From an uncultured delta proteobacterium (GTDB lineage: Bacteria > Desulfobacterota > Syntrophobacteria > BM002): a stretch of DNA of 64,000 bases. The notes beneath the pieces are model-generated. The model did not search any database and was not told the origin of the DNA. It saw only the letters and a list, made by a program, of their open reading frames with translations. The position numbers and the translations under genes are program-made. Below are positions 19,561-28,989 of this stretch, piece by piece (position 1 is the first letter of the stretch; each line of letters opens with the position of its first letter). The stretch lies in NCBI GenBank assembly GCA_963712115.1, contig CAVQGX010000046.1, positions 32,001 through 96,000 of the forward strand, read 5' to 3'.

Positions 19561-20535
19561 ATGAAAGCCGCTTACCTGGGAATCGATGTAGGCTCTATTA
19601 GTACAAATTTGGTGCTCTTGGATGACAATGGCAGAGTGCTCCACAAGCAATACTTGAGAACCCGCGGCCAGCCTATGAAAGCCATGCAAGCCGGTCTCAT
19701 GGGTTTGGCCCAGAAAATGGATGGCGAGTTAGCTGTCAGCGGTGTGGGCACTACCGGTAGTGGTCGTTATCTGGCCGGCATTTTAATAGGTGCCGATGTG
19801 ATTAAAAACGAGATTACCGCCCATGCCGTGGCAGCTCTTCACTATGAGCCGGAGACTCAGACGATTATCGAAATTGGCGGCCAGGACTCCAAAAGCATAA
19901 TTTTGCGAAACTCCACTGTCATCGATTTTGCCATGAACACAGTCTGTGCCGCAGGCACCGGTTCCTTTCTGGATCAGCAGGCATACCGGTTGGGAATCCC
20001 TATAGAATCCTTTGGAGAACATGCCTTAAAGGCCAAAAAGCCGGTTAAAATTGCCAGTCGTTGTACAGTCTTCGCAGAGTCGGACATGATCCACAAACAA
20101 CAAATGGGACACAGTGTGGAAGACATCATAGCCGGACTTTGCCATGCCCTGGTACGCAATTACTTGAACAATCTGGTCAAGAGCCAGGAACTCCGTCGCC
20201 CCATCCTCTTCCAGGGGGGTGTGGCTGCCAATGTGGGCATGCGGTCTGCCTTTGAGCAAGTTCTGGGGAAAGAATTACTCGTGCCCCCGGATTTCGAGGT
20301 CATGGGGGCCATCGGTGCCGCTCTCTTAGCTAAGGAAGCGATGACCTCAATGGAGAAAACCCGCTTCCGTGGATTTGAAGTTGGGGGGATGCCTTACGAA
20401 CTGAGCGGTTTTGAATGTGAGGGGTGCTCCAATGGCTGTGAGGTAATGGAGGTCAAGATTCCTCTGGCCCAAAACCAGGAACGCTTGGTGCGCTGGGGGG
20501 ATCGATGCGGCAAATGGGAAACTGGTGATCTATAG
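19561..20535 (+). CDS. 2-hydroxyacyl-CoA dehydratase activase (BadF/BadG/BcrA/BcrD ATPase)
   Basis: GIDVGSISTN, TTGSGR, EIGGQDSK, MNTVCAAGTGSFLDQQA, RCTVFAESD, QGGVAAN; C-terminal CEGCSNGC...GDRCGK. Confidence 0.9.
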   Translation: MKAAYLGIDVGSISTNLVLLDDNGRVLHKQYLRTRGQPMKAMQAGLMGLAQKMDGELAVSGVGTTGSGRYLAGILIGADVIKNEITAHAVAALHYEPETQTIIEIGGQDSKSIILRNSTVIDFAMNTVCAAGTGSFLDQQAYRLGIPIESFGEHALKAKKPVKIASRCTVFAESDMIHKQQMGHSVEDIIAGLCHALVRNYLNNLVKSQELRRPILFQGGVAANVGMRSAFEQVLGKELLVPPDFEVMGAIGAALLAKEAMTSMEKTRFRGFEVGGMPYELSGFECEGCSNGCEVMEVKIPLAQNQERLVRWGDRCGKWETGDL

Positions 20536-22755
20536 AGGGAAAGAGGTTTTTTTACGGTTTATGAGATCTACAAAGGCCTCCAACCGGGTTTGTACCCCAC
20601 CCGCCGAAGTGTGCTCGTCGAAGATCAGAGTGAGCACCGGGATATTGTAGTCAGTAGAAACCTTAGCCAAGATCGTCTGAGCTACTAGCTCGGGCATGCA
20701 GGTAAAGGGCATGAGGTGAACGATACCGTCAAATCCCCTTTTGGCAAAAGCCACGGATTTTCCCACCGATTTTACGCTTTCACCTCCGGTAGGTTCACAC
20801 AGGTATGGTCTGGCCTGCCGGAGGGACCACTGGAACTGGTTCCGCCGAAAAAGCTTAAACCGATAACGGTCATTTAGCCAGTCACTGAGCCAAACGCCAC
20901 GGTGCACCTCAACTCCCATCTCGCCCAGCCTTTCCTCCACGTTCATATTGGCGTAATGTTCCAGTACCATAAAAATCTCACCTACAATTCCTACTCTGAG
21001 AATCTGGCGACTGCGGTCGTGGGCCACTGTGCTCAGTATCTGCCGCACCTTCCTTTTAGCCGACCACAGGTCACGGAATCGACCTGTTTCATCTATGATT
21101 TTAAGGCAGCGACGCAGGGCCCGGTCAGTGGCACGTCTCTCAACCTCCCTTGGCCGCAACCAGTGGGAACGACGTAAAGCCCAGTCCACCAGGGCGAGAC
21201 GATGAAGAATGAAGAAAAAGACTTTGTAGGAATCCCACTTGGTATTGAGCCCGGCGATCCTCTTGACCATGTCCAACATGTCACGAAGACTGTCCGGATC
21301 ATCCGCACGCCCCATCCGGAACTCGTAACCCAGATCTCTTAGGATCTGCTCCTGGATGACACTGTAGTAGCCGAAACGACAGGGGCCAAAGCCGCCAGGC
21401 ATCATAATATCGGTAGCGCCTTGATTGAGCGCCTGGATCATATTACCCAGATTCAGTTTAAACGGCAGGCAGGCACATTCAGGTGAATAGCGCGTACCCA
21501 GCATCAAGGCTTCTTTATTGGGACGGGGTGGCATGGTTATGTGGACGCCTAGATTTCTGAACACCTGTTCGAAACCCAGGTGGAGATGCCCCATGTGCGG
21601 AATAGTGAGATGCATTTTCTCGGATTTAGGTTTTTTTACAGACCCACCAGTACTATGCACCCCTTGTCTCTTACTCCATTCTCTCGACCGCAAGTTTCCA
21701 TTCTTTTTCCTCTGCTCCACCATGTCCAGAAATGCCTCTACTCGGGTATTTAACCCACCGTCGGCGGTGTGCTCATCCATGACCAGGCTGAGAATGGGCT
21801 TGTTCGAGTGTTTGGTGACGTAATACTCCACCAGAGCGTTGGTGAATGAATCTTGGCCGCAGCCAAAGCTGGAAACATTGATAATGCCATCGACCTCTGG
21901 ATCTTTCATGTAGTGCAAAGCGGCGGCCACCAGCTCCCTTCCCAATTGCCAGTAGACTTTCTTCGATAGTCTTTCACTCTCTTTTTCTATGATTGTCTTG
22001 GGCACGGACTCCGGGGTAACAATCTCAACAGCATGCCGTTCTAGCAAATTTAACAGGTCATGACTGAGGGCGCTATCAAAGGAGATGTAAGGCCGGCCAA
22101 TTACTGCTACTCGGTATCGAGGCGGAATTTCGGAATTACCGTTTTTCTGAGAAAAGGCTCTATCCCACGGTTTCAAAGCCTCATCCAGGGGATATCTCAG
22201 CAGCCTTTGTTCGAATTTCCCTTGAGCTTTCCAGGCAGCCTCCCAGGCAAGCTTCACCTGTGATGTGCTGCTGTTAAAATGGCGCCCCAAGTCGAAACAC
22301 GCCTCGGCAAATCCTTCCGGCTTGGGAAGTTTGGCATTTACCCTTGGGGTAAGAAGACCGGGTAGATCGGTAAAAACATTCCTAGCCATATCAGTCAATC
22401 CCAGGATCTTGGGACACATATAAGCATCGGGACTGACGCTGATGATCCTTGGTAGCAGGAGGTAGTCCACCTTATCTTTTAATCTGGAAACATGCTCGAG
22501 AAATACTTTAACGGGAAGGCAAAGATCACTGCGGGTGAGGCCTTGAGCGGTGTCGAAACTGGACCTCTTGGTGGGCTGTGAAACCAGGACATCGATCCCC
22601 AGGTGAGAGAAAAACGTTGCCCACAGGGGTTGGTATCTAAAATAGAGAAGACCGCGTGGAATGCCAACGACAGGTGCCCCAGGAGTAGATTGAACCCGGG
22701 AAGCTGTGTACCCCTCGAAGTCGTGTCCTTCTGGTGAATTCGCTGATAGAGTCAA
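20530..22755 (-). CDS. Acyl-CoA dehydratase-activase-related protein (DUF2229-type domain fused to a 2-hydroxyacyl-CoA dehydratase-like domain)
   Basis: VGIPRGL, CLPVK, CPK, SFGCGQD, DEHTA..TRVEAF; second half ACLPFK, GPCRFGYY, PFTCMPE, DEHTS..TRLEAF. Confidence 0.85.
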   Translation of the reverse strand: MTLSANSPEGHDFEGYTASRVQSTPGAPVVGIPRGLLYFRYQPLWATFFSHLGIDVLVSQPTKRSSFDTAQGLTRSDLCLPVKVFLEHVSRLKDKVDYLLLPRIISVSPDAYMCPKILGLTDMARNVFTDLPGLLTPRVNAKLPKPEGFAEACFDLGRHFNSSTSQVKLAWEAAWKAQGKFEQRLLRYPLDEALKPWDRAFSQKNGNSEIPPRYRVAVIGRPYISFDSALSHDLLNLLERHAVEIVTPESVPKTIIEKESERLSKKVYWQLGRELVAAALHYMKDPEVDGIINVSSFGCGQDSFTNALVEYYVTKHSNKPILSLVMDEHTADGGLNTRVEAFLDMVEQRKKNGNLRSREWSKRQGVHSTGGSVKKPKSEKMHLTIPHMGHLHLGFEQVFRNLGVHITMPPRPNKEALMLGTRYSPECACLPFKLNLGNMIQALNQGATDIMMPGGFGPCRFGYYSVIQEQILRDLGYEFRMGRADDPDSLRDMLDMVKRIAGLNTKWDSYKVFFFILHRLALVDWALRRSHWLRPREVERRATDRALRRCLKIIDETGRFRDLWSAKRKVRQILSTVAHDRSRQILRVGIVGEIFMVLEHYANMNVEERLGEMGVEVHRGVWLSDWLNDRYRFKLFRRNQFQWSLRQARPYLCEPTGGESVKSVGKSVAFAKRGFDGIVHLMPFTCMPELVAQTILAKVSTDYNIPVLTLIFDEHTSAGGVQTRLEAFVDLINRKKTSFPL

Positions 22756-22836
22756 CTGCTAGCGCTCCAGGTCTCTCCTCGTATTTAGTACCCAGTCTTT
22801 CGATCCTTTAGTTCTTTGCCGGAAGTGGACAGCTCT

Positions 22837-23214
22837 CTATTGCACATCACCTTCACCTGCCCCCCTCTTAGGTGCGGCCTTTAACTTCCGGTTGATTGAT
22901 ACTGTCCATTTCTTAGTGGACTGGCCGACCCGAATCTCACCATAGTTTCCCTGGTATTTCTGATAATGAACCCAGCCTTTGTTGAGGAGTTCTTCCTCTG
23001 TGTAGTAACCGTCTTTCTTGAGTTCTATCAAAATAGGCCGATCATAGCTCCATTCAAACTCCGCCGGGGTGGATCCTTTCTCGATACCATCCACATAGTA
23101 TTTGGCCCCTGGTGGCTCCGTGTTGAGTCGAATGATACCGTCCTTGCCAACGCAGCCAAAAGAACTCAAGAGTAAAACTAAACCCAGCACTGTAATCAAA
23201 GTGAATCTAGACAT
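22837..23214 (-). CDS. PEGA-domain lipoprotein
   Basis: Lipobox-like SFGC; NTEPPGAKYYVDGIEKGSTP; LKKDGY. Confidence 0.8.
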   Translation of the reverse strand: MSRFTLITVLGLVLLLSSFGCVGKDGIIRLNTEPPGAKYYVDGIEKGSTPAEFEWSYDRPILIELKKDGYYTEEELLNKGWVHYQKYQGNYGEIRVGQSTKKWTVSINRKLKAAPKRGAGEGDVQ

Positions 23215-23294
23215 TTTTACCTCACTCGGTTCTGGTTAGGGCCAGTCAAAATCCATTTTCTTCAAGACCTCTATGCTTGCCTTTTGTTTGGGAG

Positions 23295-24122
23295 TCAGCG
23301 TCGGGCCAGAGTGGTCTTACTCACCCCAGGCAACAGCAGACGATCACGCGTTACTTTTGCCAATTTCTCGCCTAGACTGCCAAACAACCACGCGGCCAGG
23401 TGCGCACTCTTTCTGGTTGGCTTGGTCCAGCCACAGACCGTGGTGCGAATATCTCGAAAGTCCAGTTGATCAAGGATTTTATATATAGTCACTGGTGAAA
23501 AGTCAAACAAATGAGAAGGGGCCTGATATAGTTTCATCCTCTTTGCCCAGGGCCTGAGCATTCTAGCAATAGGGGCGGTGTGCGGCCACCTCAACAACAG
23601 CAAACCACCGGTCCTGAGTAGCCGATGTGCCTCCCTGAGTACATCCCTCGGGTTTTGCAAGTGCTCGATCACATAAAATAGCGTGATGACATCGTAGCAA
23701 TTATCTTGCCAGTCTGGTCGTGGCAGGGGTCTGTCTGATACATTTAACCCTAACTTCTCTCGGGCGTAGCTTAGCCCGGTGGCTGAGATTTCAATTCCCT
23801 CCACCTGCCAGCCCAGCCGAGCCATCTCCTCCAAGAAAAAACCATAGCCACAGCCAATGTCCAGTAGTCGTCCCGGAACGGGGATCACTTGCTGAACTAG
23901 CCTGGCGCTCTTGGCGAAAACCTGGGCCATCAATTTGCGCCAACTTTCAATCCCTTGGAGATCGGCAGGTAGGTAGTCCTGATAATGACTGTGGAGAAAT
24001 CCCTTTGAGGGTTGCGGTTCGAGGAAGATGAGACCGCAGTTGACACAGCGCAGGTATTGCCACTCACCCTCACGAATAAAAGGTCTGGTTTTACTTAGTC
24101 GGCAAAGAAGACAGGAGGTCAC
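23295..24122 (-). CDS. Class I SAM-dependent methyltransferase with N-terminal Zn ribbon
   Basis: CLLC...CVNCG; LLDIGCGYG; VIEHL. GTG at 24122 follows a GAGGAGG RBS. Confidence 0.85.
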   Translation of the reverse strand: MTSCLLCRLSKTRPFIREGEWQYLRCVNCGLIFLEPQPSKGFLHSHYQDYLPADLQGIESWRKLMAQVFAKSARLVQQVIPVPGRLLDIGCGYGFFLEEMARLGWQVEGIEISATGLSYAREKLGLNVSDRPLPRPDWQDNCYDVITLFYVIEHLQNPRDVLREAHRLLRTGGLLLLRWPHTAPIARMLRPWAKRMKLYQAPSHLFDFSPVTIYKILDQLDFRDIRTTVCGWTKPTRKSAHLAAWLFGSLGEKLAKVTRDRLLLPGVSKTTLARR

Positions 24123-24727
24123 AACTGTCCTCCTCTCGGGGCCCCCCCATAAAAGGGGGTAATAGTCCTTCCTCACATTCCCTTTTCAGATTCAGCAAGG
24201 TGACTTCCGTCAGGGTGTTGTGCTTCTTCTCTCCCTGCTTCAGCAGCCACACCAATCGATAAAAGAAATTGGAAATATTATAGACCAGGGTATGACTCAC
24301 TCTGGTGCAGCTTCCTTTGGCTTTGAGCTCCCACACCTCGTAGCCCCCCCGAAAGGGTCCACTGTGGAACTGCAGTACCAAAAAACGATCCTTTTGTATT
24401 TGCACCACCTGAGAATCCCAGATGAGCTTTATCTTATAGATGGTTTCGGCTCGAATGGCGGTGCCAACTTGGTAAGGACCGGGGGTCACCTTTCTAAGTT
24501 GAACTCGATCAGAGGGTATCAAAGTCACGAACCGATCAAAATCGGTAAGAACATCGAACACGCGAGAAGGTGGAGCCTGTATAAAAGTGTGGTGTTCATT
24601 TACCTGTCCCTGATAGTTGAGAAACTCAAGTCTCTGCAGGAACAGGTGGAGGGGTAGCACAGCCATGCAAGGCCAAAACCACTAAAGCTATGACGAATAT
24701 TGATCGCGAACCGCCCAGTGAACACAT
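24091..24727 (-). CDS. SRPBCC/START-like (polyketide cyclase) protein, probably a lipoprotein with a frameshift near 24630
   Basis: IQAPPSRVFDVLTD and GPFRGGYEVWEL; an upstream frame from ATG 24727 encodes a signal peptide ending ALHGC. Confidence 0.65.
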
Positions 24728-24756
24728 GCAAGATTACGAACTCAGTTGAAGTTTGA

Positions 24757-24840
24757 AAGATTGCACATTTGAGATTTAAGATTGTAGATTTTTGATTTGA
24801 GTATAGGATTTGGAACTATCAATCTGCAATCTTAAATTTT
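24757..24840. repeat. 7-mer (AGATTNT / AATCTGC) inverted element, same family as 31879 and 40961
   Basis: agattgc...agatttaagattgtagattttt ... aatctgcaatcttaaatttt. Confidence 0.65.
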
Positions 24841-26164
24841 CTTACTTCCTCTCAGCATTCTGAATAGGCACGATCTAAAGGCCAGATTGTCGGGAACGAA
24901 AAATTGCGGATTTGTTCTGGCCCGGGCAAGTCGCAAGACTATGGATTTCATTGAAAGAGCTTTCTTATAAAGCCAAGTATATCCCTCTTCGAGCTGCTCT
25001 ACGGTCATTTTCCTGGGACGGAAGACAACATGAGAGTATCGTACCTTTCCCAATCCTTGTGCAGCAGTCTGCCCTCGCTTTCGATCTTCTGATAAAAGCC
25101 TGGTTCCTGGATAGGGTGTGAGAATGCTCGAAATATAGACTGTCAAAGTTGGACTTTCGGATGAATTTCTGCCATCTTGGGAAATATGGAGATATCATCG
25201 TTGTCGAAGCCAGATCATGAATGCTGCCTTGACGCCTATGCCGTAACGGTGCAACTTGGTCACTGCCCGCAGGTACTCGGCTGGTTTGTTGATCCGTTTT
25301 CCACATTCCGCCAGAGCATCCTCAGAAAGACTCTCCATGCCTATGAGAAGGCCGAGACACTTGGTTTCCGACATTAGCTTCAGTAATTCATCATCTTTGG
25401 CCACCGACACTCGAAGCCTGGCCAACCCACTGTATTTTGTAGGACTTCAGCATGTTTCAACAGCGTTAATGCAGTGTTTGCGATTGGCAATAATATTGTC
25501 ATCAACGAAAAATATGAGATTCTTGAGGGCGAAGAACTTGTCCACCGGCTTAACTTTCGCCACCATCTCCTCAACAAAACGGATGGGCTTGGTTCGGTAT
25601 TTGGCTCCGTAGTACTGGGTGACAGCGCAAAAATTGCAGTTGATCGGACACCCTCGGGTAGTTTCGATAAATTCCACAGGACTGTATATGCGTTTTATCA
25701 ATGATATCCCATCGAGGAGGCAGCGCCTCTGCCAGGTCTAACAATTTATTGGCCTGGTAAATCTCCTTCAGTTCTCCCCGCTTGAAGTCTTCCACCATCT
25801 GGGGCCAAACCTTTTCACCTTCTCCGATCGCCACGGCATCGCAATGCTCTAGGGCTTCCTCTGGAAGGGCAGACACGTGCATACCCCCCATAACCACAGT
25901 CTTCCCCCGCCGTTTGAACTCATCGGCTATCTCATACGCTCTGGTAGCGAGAGGAGTCATTACCGAGATCCCGATTAGATCGGCATCATCAGTGAAATCC
26001 ACCGGACTGATCCGCTCGTCTACCATCTTGACCTCGCAGTCCGGCGGCGTATGGGCAGCAATGGTAGGCAGGCCTAAAAATGGCAGCTTAAAGAAAAAAT
26101 CCGCTCCCAGGATCTTCTTGAGTCCTATGGGTGAGATCAACAATATCTTCAATGACATTTTCAC
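24832..26164 (-). pseudogene. B12-binding radical SAM gene broken by multiple frameshifts (pseudogene or assembly error)
   Basis: Collinear pieces in different frames: B12 domain (GGMHVS..GEGE), TTRGCPINCNFC/VDDNI, IGMES, GFDNDD, LTPYPGT. Confidence 0.85.
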
Positions 26165-26319
26165 ATTCCAGCGGAGAAATAGATGGTAAGCCTCGGTATT
26201 ATAGTTGAAATCATCAAGGTAAGAAAGAGTCTCTCAGTTGGGATCGAATTAGTACTTATTGAGAAAGCAATGTTGACAGGTAAAATAGTTTGCACTATCA
26301 AGGGAGATGGTGAAAGCCC

Positions 26320-27201
26320 ATGCGTGAACATTTCCTGGATAATCCATTTTGGTATAGGCAGGCTCTAAAAACGGTTCGCTCACTGCCTCCAGCCGCCTCC
26401 TACGGTTTGGCACGATTTGTTGCTGGCCTTGCCTATCTTTTTTCGCCACGGGATCGGCGTCATGTTTCAAACAATTTTGACCTTATCTTCAACGGCTATA
26501 ACCCCCCTGCTGGTAAAAAGTTGCTACTGTGGAGATTTTTTCAGAATTACGGCATCTACGTTGTCGATTTCTTTCGTCTTCTGAACATGACTTTGGAAGA
26601 AAGCCAGGCATTCGCTCAACTTTACCAGGGTCGCCAACATATCGATGCAGCCTTGGACAGAGGGAAAGGGGCGGTGCTCCTCACTGCTCATCTGGGCCAT
26701 TGGGAGATTGGAGGTCTGGGGCTCCGGGCCATGGGCTATCCGGTCAACGTAGTAGCCTTAAAGCACAACACCACATTCACCAATGCTCTGATAAATGTAA
26801 TGCGCATGCGTCATGGCATGCGGATTATTGAAGTGGAGGAGTCAGCCTATGGCGCCATTGAGTTGGTCAAGGCACTGAATCGAAATGAGGTTGTGGCTGT
26901 TTTGGCTGACAGGGTTTTTGCTGCCGACAGATCCGAGGTTACCACTTTTTTCAATCGTCCGGTGCACCTGCCAGTTGGCCCGGTGCTGCTGGCAATGGCT
27001 GCTCGTGCACCGATTGTTCCGGCCTTTTCGATTATGGAGGCTCCCGGACGCTATCGTGGCGTCGTCGAACCCCCCTTGGAACTAAAATATGGCCCGGATC
27101 GTAGAGAAGCATTGCAACACAACTTGCGACAAGTAGCTAAAGTTTTTGAAAAATACATCCGCCGCTATCCGGACCAGTGGTACATAGTGGATCCGTTATG
27201 A
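26320..27201 (+). CDS. Lipid A/phosphatidylinositol-mannoside-type (LpxL family) acyltransferase
   Basis: LLTAHLGHWE, LADR, FFNRP..P.GP, YPDQW. Confidence 0.88.
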   Translation: MREHFLDNPFWYRQALKTVRSLPPAASYGLARFVAGLAYLFSPRDRRHVSNNFDLIFNGYNPPAGKKLLLWRFFQNYGIYVVDFFRLLNMTLEESQAFAQLYQGRQHIDAALDRGKGAVLLTAHLGHWEIGGLGLRAMGYPVNVVALKHNTTFTNALINVMRMRHGMRIIEVEESAYGAIELVKALNRNEVVAVLADRVFAADRSEVTTFFNRPVHLPVGPVLLAMAARAPIVPAFSIMEAPGRYRGVVEPPLELKYGPDRREALQHNLRQVAKVFEKYIRRYPDQWYIVDPL

Positions 27202-27301
27202 GTATTGGAGTACTGGAGTAGTGGAGTAATGGTCCAAAACTTAAAGCACCTGTGAAACCCAATACTCCCACACTCCATTACTCCATTACTCCATCACTCC
27301 C
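27200..27301. repeat. Inverted 8-mer array (TGGAGTAN / NTACTCCA)
   Basis: gagtat-tggagtac-tggagtag-tggagtaa-tgg ... caatactcc-cacactc-cattactc-cattactc-catcactcc. Confidence 0.9.
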
Positions 27302-27316
27302 AAAAAAGTAATTGGT

Positions 27317-28048
27317 ATGAATGAGAAATCTTGGATTAATAGGTCAAAAGCTTTGACTCTTTTGCTCTGTTTAGGACTCATTCTGGTTGGCACTTTTGCC
27401 ATTACCTCTGAGGTTGGAAAGGCTGGAACTCATTTGACCGCGGCAGAAGTTCTGGATCAGCTGCAGGCCAAAGCAAAGGCATTGAAAAGTCTTGAAGGTT
27501 CTTTTGAACAAAGGAAATACTCCCGGCTTCTGGTAAGGCCCATTGAGTCGGCGGGCAAACTTTTCTGGCAGCCACCTGGTCGCTTCCGCTGGGAAGTGGT
27601 TCGACCTGCCCTTCTAACCCTAGTGGTGAGGGAAGATAAAATTCTGCTCCTTTACCCAGACCTGAAGAAAGTGACTCTTTATCGTGGACCGTCGGGGGTA
27701 GGATTTTTGGATCGATTCACCGGTGCGACCGGTGATCCGCAAACTTTTCAGAGCCAATATGCGATAGAAGTCGAACTGGTCGCCAAAGGGGAAGATATTA
27801 GATGGATACAGATGAACATGGAACCGAAATCTGCCGAGCATGCTCGTTATTTCAAACGGCTGGAAGTTAAAATAGATCCAGAAACCTGGCTACCAAATGA
27901 GATCGCCATCTTAGAGGGCAACGATGACTGGACCCTTATCTATCTGTCAAACTTGATAGAAAATGCCAACCTTTCAGACGGCCTATTTAGCGTTGAGCCG
28001 CCGGAAGGTTTTCAGGTTCAGAGTTATCAGTCCGGGAGACGGCCATGA
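27317..28048 (+). CDS. LolA-like periplasmic lipid/lipoprotein carrier
   Basis: Signal peptide; SLEGSFEQRK, GKLFWQPPGRFRWE, LFSVEPPEG. Confidence 0.85.
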   Translation: MNEKSWINRSKALTLLLCLGLILVGTFAITSEVGKAGTHLTAAEVLDQLQAKAKALKSLEGSFEQRKYSRLLVRPIESAGKLFWQPPGRFRWEVVRPALLTLVVREDKILLLYPDLKKVTLYRGPSGVGFLDRFTGATGDPQTFQSQYAIEVELVAKGEDIRWIQMNMEPKSAEHARYFKRLEVKIDPETWLPNEIAILEGNDDWTLIYLSNLIENANLSDGLFSVEPPEGFQVQSYQSGRRP

Positions 28049-28974
28049 AAGGCTGCGGCTTCTTGTTTCCAGGCCAGGGGGCCCAATATGTGGGTATGGG
28101 TCGTGATCTAGTCGAAAGGTTCGCTGAGAGTGAGGATCTGCTCAAGCGAGCCGAACTGCATCTTGATTTGCCCCTCGGAGAGATCATGTTTTCCGGCCCT
28201 GAGGAACGGCTCCATGAAGATCTCAACGCACAACTGGCAGTCTATACCGTAAGCTGCATGGTGGCCGATTTCCTGGCAAATAAATCCATTAGGGCAGCAA
28301 CGCTCGCACCCTATAGCTCCGGCATATATGGGGCCGCCTACGGAGCCGGAGTTGTGGACTTCGAAACCGGCCTCAACCTCATAGTAGAAGCCGACCGTTG
28401 TATCAATGAGGCCAACAGCCAGGGTGGTATGGCGGTCGTGCTCGGGCTCTCACTCGCAGAGGTGGAGGAGATGTGCGCAAGGGTGGAGGGGCAGGTTGAA
28501 GTGAGCATAGTAAACACTCGACATCAAATCATCGTCTCCGGCGAGGGGCCGGCTCTAGATGGGCTGCTAAAACTGGCAGCGGACTCAGAAGCCCTGAAGA
28601 CAGATCGGCTCCCTGCGGCGGCACCTTACCACTGTAGTCTCCTTACCTCGGCCGATCACTGTCTTGCTAAGAAGATTGCCAAGATCCCAATGAATGAGCC
28701 CCATACTCCTATTCTCTCTTACATCGACCAAAAACCATTAGTTAAAGCAGATCAGGTGGCGACGTTGCTCTCCATCCAGCTTCGAAGTCAGGTTCAGTGG
28801 GTAGGGGTAGTTGAGGAATTGGTCCGGCAGAATCTGGGACCTATGGTTGAAATTGGACCCGGCCAGATGCTTGGTCGCTCGGTAAGGTGGATTAACCGCC
28901 AGGCCCAGGTGCTTTACACTGATACAGCGGTGGCTCTGGAAAACACCGTCAAAAGCCTCCAAGATTCAAACTGA
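28045..28974 (+). CDS. FabD-like acyltransferase with an atypical active site
   Basis: FLFPGQGAQYVGMG, PYSSG (for GHSxG), APYHCSLL, EIGPGQML. Confidence 0.85.
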   Translation: MKGCGFLFPGQGAQYVGMGRDLVERFAESEDLLKRAELHLDLPLGEIMFSGPEERLHEDLNAQLAVYTVSCMVADFLANKSIRAATLAPYSSGIYGAAYGAGVVDFETGLNLIVEADRCINEANSQGGMAVVLGLSLAEVEEMCARVEGQVEVSIVNTRHQIIVSGEGPALDGLLKLAADSEALKTDRLPAAAPYHCSLLTSADHCLAKKIAKIPMNEPHTPILSYIDQKPLVKADQVATLLSIQLRSQVQWVGVVEELVRQNLGPMVEIGPGQMLGRSVRWINRQAQVLYTDTAVALENTVKSLQDSN

Positions 28975-28989
28975 CCTGGTCATAGAAAA

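Noticed and set aside
24832-25700. Diversity-generating retroelement or programmed frameshifting as the cause of the broken rSAM gene
   Set aside because: No reverse transcriptase or template repeat in the window, and there are too many frame changes for programmed recoding.
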